Below, piece after piece: positions 1 to 8,554 of a DNA stretch of 62,349 nucleotides; positions within the stretch are counted from its first letter, which is position 1; each line of letters begins with the position of its first letter. The stretch is from Ruminococcus sp. (GTDB taxonomy: Bacteria; Bacillota; Clostridia; Oscillospirales; Ruminococcaceae), in contig JAFXAJ010000053.1 in NCBI GenBank assembly GCA_017517145.1, positions 1 through 62,349 of the forward strand, in the 5' to 3' direction. Both the position numbers and the translations under genes were made by a program. The notes below the pieces were generated by a model. The model had not been told where the DNA came from and ran no database searches. It saw only the letters and a program-made list of their open reading frames with translations.

Positions 1-41
1 GGTACTTTTTTCATTGTAATTTAATAATACCACAAAAAATT

Positions 42-82
42 ACTGCTGTCACGCATTTTTTTGTGTGACAGCAGTTTTTTTC
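42..82 (+). terminator. Intrinsic terminator-like hairpin
   Basis: ACTGCTGTCACGCA/TGTGTGACAGCAGT stem followed by a T run. Confidence 0.6.
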
Positions 83-174
83 TTTTTTACTCTTTTTTAC
101 AGCGCCTTATTTACATCAATACTATAAAATGAACATATACGCGCATTATATATAATTAAATTCATACAAAACTG

Positions 175-203
175 TTGACACAGTCTGTATAATAATGTAT
201 AAT
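175..203 (+). promoter_or_regulatory. Sigma-A promoter of dockerin gene
   Basis: Perfect TTGACA-17 bp-TATAAT; AAGGAGG RBS before ATG 256. Confidence 0.8.
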
Positions 204-255
204 ATACATATAAAGACAATAACACAAATGACACAGATATCAAGGAGGAATTACT

Positions 256-966
256 ATGAAAAAGTTTTTAAGCGGCATAATTTCAACAGTACTTCTGACA
301 GCCTCGTTACCTGCAATAACAGCAAATGCAGAAAACAAGCTGACAAAAGAAGAATTTCTCGACCTTGTGGTATCAGAAACAGAAGATTTTTCTGACGGCG
401 GATTTATTTACGGCAAGGATTTGAAATTTGATGCAATTCCCGACGGAAACACATATACATTAATAGTATACGGCATAAAGCAGGCGGATTACATCCGCAA
501 TGTAGGTGTAACTGAGGGCGTTATGGAGATAAATACAACAGAATACAGAGGTGCAGGTGCTCCCGAATTTTACAGCGGATGTGCTTTGTCTGTATTGCCA
601 ATAGAGCAGGAAACTGATATTAAGGATAGTTTTACGGCTCTGGAGGGTTTTACAGCGGTATTCTACATAGAGAATGTATTACCTGGCTTTCCCGCACCAG
701 CTGGAAGCATTGTAGAAGCGTCACTTTATAAAGATTATGAAATAGCAAGCTATATTTATCCTGAGATTACAGCAGGAGATACAGACGGTGACGGAAGCAT
801 TTCAGCCTCTGACGCTTCACTTGTTCTTTCGGCATATGCATATTCATCCACAGGCAAAAAGCTCACACTGAATATGACACAGTTTGATTATAATAATGAC
901 AGTATAATTGATTCCTCTGATGCTTCCGCAATTCTTGAAAAATATGCAGAGTTATCCACAAGTTGA
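256..966 (+). CDS. Secreted dockerin-containing protein, N-terminal domain unknown
   Basis: Signal peptide (MKKFL...ANA); C-terminal duplicated Ca-binding loops GDTDGDGSISASDAS / DYNNDSIIDSSDAS. Confidence 0.85.
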   Translation: MKKFLSGIISTVLLTASLPAITANAENKLTKEEFLDLVVSETEDFSDGGFIYGKDLKFDAIPDGNTYTLIVYGIKQADYIRNVGVTEGVMEINTTEYRGAGAPEFYSGCALSVLPIEQETDIKDSFTALEGFTAVFYIENVLPGFPAPAGSIVEASLYKDYEIASYIYPEITAGDTDGDGSISASDASLVLSAYAYSSTGKKLTLNMTQFDYNNDSIIDSSDASAILEKYAELSTS

Positions 967-980
967 TAAATTGATTTTAA

Positions 981-1022
981 AAATGCTTATGTCACAAAAA
1001 GTAGTGACATAAGCATTTTTTT
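981..1022 (+). terminator. Intrinsic terminator
   Basis: AAATGCTTATGTCAC/GTGACATAAGCATTT stem plus T run just after stop. Confidence 0.75.
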
Positions 1023-1032
1023 ATGTTATAAT

Positions 1033-1058
1033 AAAAAAGCCCCGATAAAAAACGGGGA
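1033..1058 (-). terminator. tRNA terminator
   Basis: Minus strand CCCCG...CGGGG hairpin then CTTTTTT immediately 3' of the tRNA. Confidence 0.6.
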
Positions 1059-1062
1059 TAAA

Positions 1063-1148
1063 TGGTGCCGAAGACGGGACTTGAACCCGTACGAGATTGC
1101 TCCCGGCAGATTTTGAGTCTGCTGCGTCTGCCATTCCGCCACTTCGGC
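1063..1148 (-). tRNA. tRNA-Leu(CAA)
   Basis: Reverse complement GCCGAAG...CTTCGGC-A-CCA, anticodon arm GCAGA-CTCAAAA-TCTGC, long variable arm, GGTTCAAGTCC T arm, encoded CCA; 86 nt. Confidence 0.95.
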
Positions 1149-1161
1149 ACATTACTTAACA

Positions 1162-1190
1162 ATTATACCACAAAAATAAAAATATGTCAA
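1162..1190 (-). promoter_or_regulatory. Sigma-A promoter of tRNA-Leu
   Basis: TTGACA-17 bp-TATAAT with TGn extension on the minus strand. Confidence 0.8.
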
Positions 1191-1284
1191 GGGCGGAAAT
1201 AATTAAAATAAAAAAATATATATTTCATGCATTTTTAAATGATTCACAGGTGTGTTATATATAGAAGCGAAAAACACAGAAAGG

Positions 1285-1806
1285 ATGGTGGTTTATCTGG
1301 AAAACAACAATATTTCATTATATGCTTTCAGAAAGTTTGGAGATACTGTAATTCGTGCAGCTTATGCCTGCTGCGGCTGTTATGCCGAGGCAGAGGATAT
1401 TGCACAGGATGTTTTTCTTTATCTTCATGCAAAACCAGTCGAATTCAATGACGATGAACACTTAAAGGCGTGGCTGTTGAGGGTAACGGTTAATAAGTGC
1501 AAAAATTACAGGAGAAGTTTCAGAATAAGCCGTACTCAGCCTATTGATGAGAACAATCAAACACAGTACTCTATGGATGTGACAGATATTGAGGTGAGGG
1601 AGCTTATTTCTTCACTGCCGCCGAAATATTCCTCTGTGATATATCTCTACTATTATGAGGGATATGCCATAAAGGAAATCGCAGAAATACTTGGAAAAAA
1701 TTCAAATACAGTAAATTCGCTTCTGTAAAGGGGACGAGAAAAGCTGCGTATGGAGCTTGACGGGGAAAATCGAAAGACAAAACAGAGTACCGTAAGGAGG
1801 ACATAA
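1285..1806 (+). pseudogene. ECF sigma-70 factor with in-frame premature stop (TAA 1726-1728)
   Basis: Region 2 (AEDIAQDVF, KAWLLRVTVNKCKN) and region 4 (LYYYEGYAIKEIAEILG); after TAA the frame continues RGREKLRMELD... to TAA 1804-1806. Start codon uncertain (1252, 1285 or 1297). Confidence 0.75.
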
Positions 1807-1808
1807 TT

Positions 1809-4001
1809 ATGAGAAAAGACGATTACAAACGCCATCTGAACAATATCAGATGCACTTCGGAATTCAGAGCAAAAATGGAAAATCTTCTTTCAGCGGAAAC
1901 AGGCGGAGAATATGCTGACAGTGTAAGCAACGTTGAAAGAGCAGAAAAAATTAAAACTCACCGCTGGGCAGAAATTGCGGCATCGGCTGTATTATTGGTA
2001 GGTATCGGCGGAATAGCTGTACATTCAATGAATAATGTGCCTGATGTACCTAGCAGCAGTCTTGGCGATACAACAGGAACAACGGAAGCAACAGAAGTAG
2101 GAATTGGTGTATCAACGGGAGATTATGAATTGGAAGTTTCCATAGATAATTATGATTATCCTACTCAAAACTTTGGAATTATACCCGATGAAGCGGCAGA
2201 CGAAATAATTAAAATACTCAAAGAAGCCGTATGGGAGGAAACTGATACAGATATTCACTTCCGCAACAACAGGGAGGATATTTATGAAGAATATGATGAA
2301 AATACTCCCGAAGAAGAATTAGGCGTACCTTACGTATTTAACGTTACCTGTACAGGGGCGGAGGAGTTTGTTTACAGTATAGGCTTTAATGGATATTCCT
2401 ATTTATCCTATGAGGGAGAAGAAGTATATTATTTCAATGGCAAGGAAACATATTTTGAAATAATGGACATAGTAGCAACAACATTTATTTATCGTGAACC
2501 TGAAACTTACAGCGACCCTTTTAGTCAGAAGATAGCACATCTTTTCTATTCAAATAAGGATATAATCAAGCCAAATGCAGAAAATATAGATATTGCTGAA
2601 CAAAGTACAGCAGCACATTTTATATTTTCAGCAGGTCCATATCGTATAGTTATTAGTAAAACAGGGCTTATAAATGTCAGATATGAAGGTTTTCATAATG
2701 AAGAAAAGCTGCTGTCTTATGACAGTTCTCCGGAATTTGCAATTGATGTAGCAGCACTTGTTGGTGTGGATTTTGAATCAGAAGAAACCACAGAAACAAC
2801 CACACAACCCATATATATGACAATAAACGAAAAGCTTATAAATCTTCTTGATAATCCTGATTTCATAGAAAACGGCAATTTATCCTATCATACAGGCAGC
2901 GGACAATTCAGCAGCAGCTACGATATAGGCAAAGTGGGCGAAGTTGGCGGAGAAGAATTTATAAAACTTCTTGCAAACTATGAATGGAAACCCAGTGAAG
3001 ATTCAGACTATATAAGAAGCGACTTTATAATGATAGACTATAATTACGGTGTAATCAGTATGGGAGGCGCAAGCATTTCCGTAAACGACAAGGGCGAACT
3101 ATACGACCACAGCTTAGGCATACTTTACAGAGCTGAAAACGTTGATACAGCAGAGTTAGAGGAAGTATATGAGAGCACAGCCATATCTGATTACTATACA
3201 GCAATAGCATACATGTTATGCACAAGAGGAGACGATTTCACCACCCTTGAAAGCGATATAAGCATTTATTACGATCCTCTTGATGAAACAGGACAGAATA
3301 AGCCTGTAAACTGCACAGGAAAGATGTATTATAAGAATATAACCAACGATGCAACAAAGGATTGCTACGGCGATTATTATTATATTCTCAGCGACGCAGA
3401 AAGCGGATACAGCGGCGAGATGTACAAACAGGGACGATACTGGGCATTTATTGAAAGAGGAAACTCCATTGCAATGGGATATTACGGCGGAAATTCCACA
3501 GCAATTGAACATTACAGCGACGAAGGAGATATTTCTGTGGAATATTGCCGCCAGGTCGATAATTACACAGCAAGTGGCGGATATGACAACTACGACGCAA
3601 TAAATATCGACTACGATATGCTTTGCCAGGAAGCGTTATACACCTTAATGAGTAGGAATGACGATTATATAAATGTTCTGGATGATGAACTTATTATAGG
3701 TCAGTTTAATAATTCTTTTAAATTGGAGTACAGACCTCTTGATGAAAATGGTGCGGAAAACGAGGAATTCAGTGAAATACTGGAGTTCAGAGTTAGTGGT
3801 TCAGGAGTGCTGGTATATTTCAGCAAGTCAAGACGCAACCTTGAAACAGACGAAATCACACCATATCTGACATTCCAGCTGTGTGACGGTATATGCAACA
3901 GCATGGGAGATTATTTCCCCATATTTGACAACTCCGATTTTGCAATTCCTACTCCTTCAGAGGAACTTATGAAAGAATTTGAACTTATTTACGGAACTTA
4001 A
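1809..4001 (+). CDS. Putative anti-sigma factor, single TM with large acidic extracellular region
   Basis: Directly follows ECF sigma; ~50-aa N-terminal cytoplasmic part, TM (IAASAVLLVGIGGIAV), Thr-rich linkers; AAGGAGG RBS. Confidence 0.65.
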   Translation: MRKDDYKRHLNNIRCTSEFRAKMENLLSAETGGEYADSVSNVERAEKIKTHRWAEIAASAVLLVGIGGIAVHSMNNVPDVPSSSLGDTTGTTEATEVGIGVSTGDYELEVSIDNYDYPTQNFGIIPDEAADEIIKILKEAVWEETDTDIHFRNNREDIYEEYDENTPEEELGVPYVFNVTCTGAEEFVYSIGFNGYSYLSYEGEEVYYFNGKETYFEIMDIVATTFIYREPETYSDPFSQKIAHLFYSNKDIIKPNAENIDIAEQSTAAHFIFSAGPYRIVISKTGLINVRYEGFHNEEKLLSYDSSPEFAIDVAALVGVDFESEETTETTTQPIYMTINEKLINLLDNPDFIENGNLSYHTGSGQFSSSYDIGKVGEVGGEEFIKLLANYEWKPSEDSDYIRSDFIMIDYNYGVISMGGASISVNDKGELYDHSLGILYRAENVDTAELEEVYESTAISDYYTAIAYMLCTRGDDFTTLESDISIYYDPLDETGQNKPVNCTGKMYYKNITNDATKDCYGDYYYILSDAESGYSGEMYKQGRYWAFIERGNSIAMGYYGGNSTAIEHYSDEGDISVEYCRQVDNYTASGGYDNYDAINIDYDMLCQEALYTLMSRNDDYINVLDDELIIGQFNNSFKLEYRPLDENGAENEEFSEILEFRVSGSGVLVYFSKSRRNLETDEITPYLTFQLCDGICNSMGDYFPIFDNSDFAIPTPSEELMKEFELIYGT

Positions 4002-4010
4002 TATTATTCT

Positions 4011-4041
4011 TACCGCACATTAGTTTGTGCGGTATTTTTTT
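4011..4041 (+). terminator. Intrinsic terminator
   Basis: TACCGCACA/TGTGCGGTA stem plus T run. Confidence 0.75.
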
Positions 4042-4070
4042 GTCACAAAATCATAACCTTACAGCGTTAT
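4041..4070 (+). promoter_or_regulatory. Putative ECF-type autoregulatory promoter
   Basis: TGTCACA-17 bp-CGTTAT just upstream of the second ECF sigma; resembles the CGT-containing -10 of firmicute ECF promoters. Confidence 0.45.
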
Positions 4071-4104
4071 AATATATGAAACGTTTCAAAAACGAGGTGA
4101 TACA

Positions 4105-4617
4105 ATGACGAAAGCTGAAACGGAAAAGCTTCATAAGCTTTACGAAATCTACGAACAGCCCATGTATAGAATTGCTTTTTCCGTTCTTAAAAATTCTTCT
4201 GATGCCGAAGATGCCGTATCTGACGCATTTATGAGCATTATAAAGAAAATTGGCAGAATCGGCGAGCCGTATTCCCCGAAAACCAAAAGCTATATAGTGA
4301 AGACCATAAGGAATTCCGCAATTGACATCTACAGGAAGAACAGAAGAAATTATGACAGAGTACAGCCCATTGACGACAGTATTAACTCAATTCCTGATAC
4401 TGTTTCGGGATTTGAAAATGACATCAGCGATATTGACGGAATTTTAAACATACTTAATGAAAATGACAGAAAAATCATTACGCTCAGATGCAAAGATGAG
4501 CTTCAATGGCGGGATATTGCGCAGTGTATGAATATGACAGAAGCAAATGTGCGGAAAAGATTTGAACGGGCAAGAAAGAAAATAATTACTCAGAGAGGAG
4601 TTGCAGACTATGAATAA
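4105..4617 (+). CDS. ECF RNA polymerase sigma-70 factor
   Basis: DAEDAVSDAF region 2; region 4 WRDIAQCMNMTEANVRKRFERARKK. Confidence 0.9.
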   Translation: MTKAETEKLHKLYEIYEQPMYRIAFSVLKNSSDAEDAVSDAFMSIIKKIGRIGEPYSPKTKSYIVKTIRNSAIDIYRKNRRNYDRVQPIDDSINSIPDTVSGFENDISDIDGILNILNENDRKIITLRCKDELQWRDIAQCMNMTEANVRKRFERARKKIITQRGVADYE

Positions 4618-6004
4618 AAATGATTTCCCGAATGAAAACGAATGGAAAAAAATTGTTGAGGACGCTTTTTCCTCCGATGAGGAGCATATTTTTTCCGAAC
4701 ATTACAAACTGAACAAACAGCAGATGCTGAGGAGGGTTACTATGACAAAAAAGACTTTCAATAAAAAGCGTGGATTGGCAGTTATTGCGGCGGCGGTGGC
4801 TGTTACAGCAGCTATTCCACTTTCGGTTTTCGCCTATGAAAAGCTGACAGCAAAAATCGAAAAAACAGGAAACTATGAAAATACAATTTCAATTCAGACA
4901 CCTGTGGCTGATACGGAAAATACTGAGGCTCCAAAGTATATGTTTTATGAATTCGGCTGGATTCCTGAGGGATATGTTCCTCACGAGGAAAAACCAGGTT
5001 TTAAAAATCCCGAAAACGGCGGCAGAATTGCTCCCGAACTGTTTAAACTGCCCGATGATACAAATGTTGAACTGAAGCTTCCCTATTCGGAAAATTGTGA
5101 AACCTACGAATCCGAGGGTAAAACTGCCCTTATAAATTATCGTAGTCCCGATGTTTATAATAACGGTACAATAAGCATTGACAAAAACGTTTACATCTGC
5201 TTTGAGGGAACAACTTACGTTCTTACGCTTTATATAAGTGAAGATGTTTCAGATGCTGATATGAAGAAAATGATTGATGAAATCACTCTTTATCCTACAG
5301 AGGAAAGAATGCACGGCACATATATTCCTTGGCTTGATGAGAGCAATTATCAAACAGTTTCAACTCCGGAAACCTATGCCTACGAGGAAAATGTAAGAAC
5401 TATCGGTGACACCGTAAGCAAGCCTTATAGTGGAGCAGGAATGCATGATGGATATGATATTACTCTCAAAAGTTTTGAGCTTACAGACAGCTTTGACGGA
5501 ATAACAACAGACGGCTGCGGAGATGAAACCGATTTCAGTCACCTTATGGACGAAAACGGAAATATCATTGAAAATATTCGTACTACTGTAAAACGTGGTG
5601 ATGGTGTTGATACAAATGATGAAATTATCTCCGAGGAAAGTCTACCTATGCATATTCTTAAATTGAATGTGACATATACAAATACAGCCGATGTTGAAAA
5701 TGAAATATGCATAAGTCCTATTATGTTCATCATGGAGGACGGCGAGCCTGTTGTGAATTGGGAAGCTCAGGGTGAATATTCCTGTTACGATTCCATACTT
5801 GGCAGAGAAAGACAGTCTCATTGGTTCTCCGTAGCTTTTGACAGCGAGCAGAAAGGCAGTAAAAACTACCTTCTTCTTGAACCCGGTGAATCAGCAGATG
5901 TGCAGATTGCATTTTTTGTTGATGATAATGTAAAGGATAAGGTTTATGTTTCCTTTGAAGTAAGCGGCAATAATTTCGGCGAATATTTTGATGTGAATGG
6001 ATAA
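4610..6004 (+). CDS. Putative anti-sigma factor (DUF4367-like extracellular domain)
   Basis: Overlaps sigma stop; HIFSEHY N-terminal motif, single TM, FGWIPEGY motif typical of these sensors; ATG 4610 has a GAGGAG RBS. Confidence 0.65.
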   Translation: MNKNDFPNENEWKKIVEDAFSSDEEHIFSEHYKLNKQQMLRRVTMTKKTFNKKRGLAVIAAAVAVTAAIPLSVFAYEKLTAKIEKTGNYENTISIQTPVADTENTEAPKYMFYEFGWIPEGYVPHEEKPGFKNPENGGRIAPELFKLPDDTNVELKLPYSENCETYESEGKTALINYRSPDVYNNGTISIDKNVYICFEGTTYVLTLYISEDVSDADMKKMIDEITLYPTEERMHGTYIPWLDESNYQTVSTPETYAYEENVRTIGDTVSKPYSGAGMHDGYDITLKSFELTDSFDGITTDGCGDETDFSHLMDENGNIIENIRTTVKRGDGVDTNDEIISEESLPMHILKLNVTYTNTADVENEICISPIMFIMEDGEPVVNWEAQGEYSCYDSILGRERQSHWFSVAFDSEQKGSKNYLLLEPGESADVQIAFFVDDNVKDKVYVSFEVSGNNFGEYFDVNG

Positions 6005-6010
6005 AATAAT

Positions 6011-6041
6011 AATCCCCGATGAATTTTTTTCATCGGGGATT
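6011..6041. terminator. Hairpin between convergent genes (likely bidirectional terminator)
   Basis: AATCCCCGATGAA/TTCATCGGGGATT perfect 13-bp stem. Confidence 0.7.
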
Positions 6042-6045
6042 TGCA

Positions 6046-7062
6046 TTAGCCGTTTATAATTTTCTTTGCATTTTCAAGAGCATCAATAACCCTGTCGCAC
6101 CATTCGTCAAATTCGGGATCTTCAATCTGACATTCGGGGTGGGAGAGGACATATTCCACAGTATTGCGGATTCCCTGCTCAACGTGAACAGTTGCCTTGA
6201 ATTCGGGAACTGCACGCTTTATCTTGGAGTTGTCAAATACTACTGTCTGTGCCTTGTCACCTGTAAGACTGCCTGTAAGGTCATAGTCGCTTACATCTGC
6301 AAGGAATTCAGAAGAAACATGGTATGGTTTAAGCTCCACTCCTAAAGCGTCAGTAATTGCCTGATATATCTGATTCCATGTAACAGATTCGTCAGATGTA
6401 ATGTGGAAAGCCTCGCCAATTGCGTGGGGATTTCCCATAAGTCCTGTGAATCCTACAGCGAAATCGGAATTATGTGTAATTGTCCAGAGAGTTGTGCCGT
6501 CACCGTGAATAATAACAGGTTTGCCCTCCATAATTCGCTTTATTACCTGATAACTGCCGTTTTTGCCGTGTACTCCCAGCGGCACGCTTCTTTCGTCGTA
6601 TGTATGGCTGGGGCGAACAATTGTCACGGGGAAGCCGTCCTCACGGTAGTGCTTCAGGAGCAGTTCCTCAATAGCTATCTTATTACGTGAATATTCCCAG
6701 TATTTGTTGGCAAGGGTTGTACCCTCGGTTATTCTGAAATCACAGACAGGTTTATGGTATGCAGAAGCAGAACTGATGAAAATAAACTGTTTTGTTCTGC
6801 CGTTGAACAGACGATAATCACGTTCAGCCTGTTCGGGAACGAAGCATATAAAATCGCAGACAACGTCAAAAGTCATATCTGCAAGGGCAATTTTTGCTTC
6901 TTCCTCGTTGTTGATGTCGGCGGTAATTACCTTGACATTTTCGGGGAGAGTGCTGTTTCTGTTTCCACGGTTAAGGAGATAGACCTCCCAGCCGATTTTT
7001 GCCAGTCTGCGTGTGATTGCGGAGCTTATAGTGCCTGTTCCGCCGATTAGTAATGCTTTCAT
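6046..7062 (-). CDS. NAD-dependent epimerase/dehydratase (extended SDR)
   Basis: GGTGTIS Rossmann motif, FISSASAY, YSRNK (YxxxK). Confidence 0.85.
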   Translation of the reverse strand: MKALLIGGTGTISSAITRRLAKIGWEVYLLNRGNRNSTLPENVKVITADINNEEEAKIALADMTFDVVCDFICFVPEQAERDYRLFNGRTKQFIFISSASAYHKPVCDFRITEGTTLANKYWEYSRNKIAIEELLLKHYREDGFPVTIVRPSHTYDERSVPLGVHGKNGSYQVIKRIMEGKPVIIHGDGTTLWTITHNSDFAVGFTGLMGNPHAIGEAFHITSDESVTWNQIYQAITDALGVELKPYHVSSEFLADVSDYDLTGSLTGDKAQTVVFDNSKIKRAVPEFKATVHVEQGIRNTVEYVLSHPECQIEDPEFDEWCDRVIDALENAKKIING

Positions 7063-7092
7063 AGTAGTTTCCCTCTCATATTTCTATAGAAT

Positions 7093-7172
7093 AAAATAGC
7101 AGAGAATGGGAAAATTCCAATCTCTGCCATTATTATAACATAATTTTTTCAACATTGCAATATAATTATTGC
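7093..7172 (-). repeat. Promoter plus leader hairpin module, copy 1
   Basis: TTGCAA-17-(TGn)TATAAT then GGCAGAGA...TCTCTGCT hairpin; near-identical to 8331-8413. Confidence 0.75.
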
Positions 7173-7187
7173 TATTATTGCTTTGAA

Positions 7188-8288
7188 TTATCTGATTTTG
7201 TCAAGAAAATCCTTAATGATTTCAGCACATTCCTGAGGCTTTTCCTCGTAAATGAAGTGACTGCCGGGAAGATTTACAATTTCGCAGTTGCCCAGCTTTT
7301 CTATATAAGGTATCATTTTTTCTTTTTTGAATTTTTCCATTTCTTCAAAGTTGATTTCATAGGCTTTTTCTATGCGTTCTTCTTCGCTGCCTTCAAAATC
7401 CTTTGTCAGTTCGTTTATAGAATATTCTGAAAGTACATCGGCAGCTTTCATTTCTTCTACAGTCTGATAGCCGTTTTCAGCACTTATATAGAGCTTAGGT
7501 ACATTGTTGTGCTGTATCATATCGTATGTATCGTTAATACTTGAAGCAGCACAGCCAATCTCGGAAATAAATGCATTGCTGCTCATTGTCATAATATTCA
7601 TTGCGTTATATATTCGCTGTTCATCTTCTGAGAAGTCGGGATACTGCATAGCAAACATACCCGGGAATACATCGCCAATGCCAAGATTCATAATTGTATT
7701 CATAATTTTTAAGCCGGAGCTTTCATCAGCTGCTTCCTGCATATGTTCATCAGAAATTTGCTGAACAACAATACCATCAAGATTTACCATAGCCTCAATT
7801 TCATCGGGATATTTACTAACCCAATAGGAGGCAAGCAAACCTGCATAAGAGTGGGGCATAAGTACATAGGGAGCTTCAATTCCCGCATTTTTCAATGCTT
7901 TGCGGTAATCTTCAACAACAAATTCCACTGACATTTCATTTTCTACATCGTCGCTTCCGTCATAGCCGGCACGAGCAAGATAATAGACTTTGCCTTCATC
8001 TTTCAATTCTTCTGCAAGTTCACGAAGTTCAAGGGGGAAGCCGCCGCCGTTTCCGCTGAGTCCAATAATTCTGTAACCGTTTTCGCTGCCGCCGTATTCA
8101 ATAAGATTCAGCGAATGGTCACCGACAGAAACGGGATTATAAAATCCCTGTTCTTCGAGAAATTCAAGGTTGCTTTTTTGCTTGACCTTGTGGAGTATTG
8201 TTGTACTGATAAGAGTAATTACTAACAATCCTATCAGAACGAGAATGAGGATACCTAAAAATTTTCCGATTTTTTTTACTATTGACAT
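7188..8288 (-). CDS. Membrane-anchored alpha/beta hydrolase
   Basis: N-terminal TM; RAGYDGS; nucleophile elbow PHSYAG; C-terminal GSHF His. Confidence 0.8.
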   Translation of the reverse strand: MSIVKKIGKFLGILILVLIGLLVITLISTTILHKVKQKSNLEFLEEQGFYNPVSVGDHSLNLIEYGGSENGYRIIGLSGNGGGFPLELRELAEELKDEGKVYYLARAGYDGSDDVENEMSVEFVVEDYRKALKNAGIEAPYVLMPHSYAGLLASYWVSKYPDEIEAMVNLDGIVVQQISDEHMQEAADESSGLKIMNTIMNLGIGDVFPGMFAMQYPDFSEDEQRIYNAMNIMTMSSNAFISEIGCAASSINDTYDMIQHNNVPKLYISAENGYQTVEEMKAADVLSEYSINELTKDFEGSEEERIEKAYEINFEEMEKFKKEKMIPYIEKLGNCEIVNLPGSHFIYEEKPQECAEIIKDFLDKIR

Positions 8289-8330
8289 GATTTACCTCCG
8301 TTCAGTTGGCAGAAATATAAATTTTCTGCA

Positions 8331-8413
8331 AAAAAATGGAAGATAATGGGTAAAATCCCAATATCTGCCATTATTATAACATATTTTTAAAAATATTGCA
8401 ATATAAATATTGC
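8331..8413 (-). repeat. Promoter plus leader hairpin module, copy 2
   Basis: Shares CCAAT-TCTGCCATTATTATAACATA...ATTGCAATATAA-TATTGCT with copy 1. Confidence 0.75.
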
Positions 8414-8513
8414 TGCTTTTGTTATACAGGTAAGAATAAGTTAGTATGGAATAAAAGAAAATCAAATATTCCCATAATAATTGCAACTAAGGCATAAAAT
8501 ATTATGTCATAAT

Positions 8514-8538
8514 AAAAAGCCGCCTAAGAAAAGGCGGC
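8514..8538 (-). terminator. Intrinsic terminator
   Basis: GCCGCCT/AGGCGGC stem with T run on the minus strand. Confidence 0.7.
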
Positions 8539-8554
8539 GAAAGATAATATGACT

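Noticed and set aside
1063-1148. tRNA-Leu as att site of an integrated element, or as suppressor of the sigma TAA
   Set aside because: No duplicate tRNA 3' end or integrase seen in the window; anticodon CAA reads UUG, not UAA.
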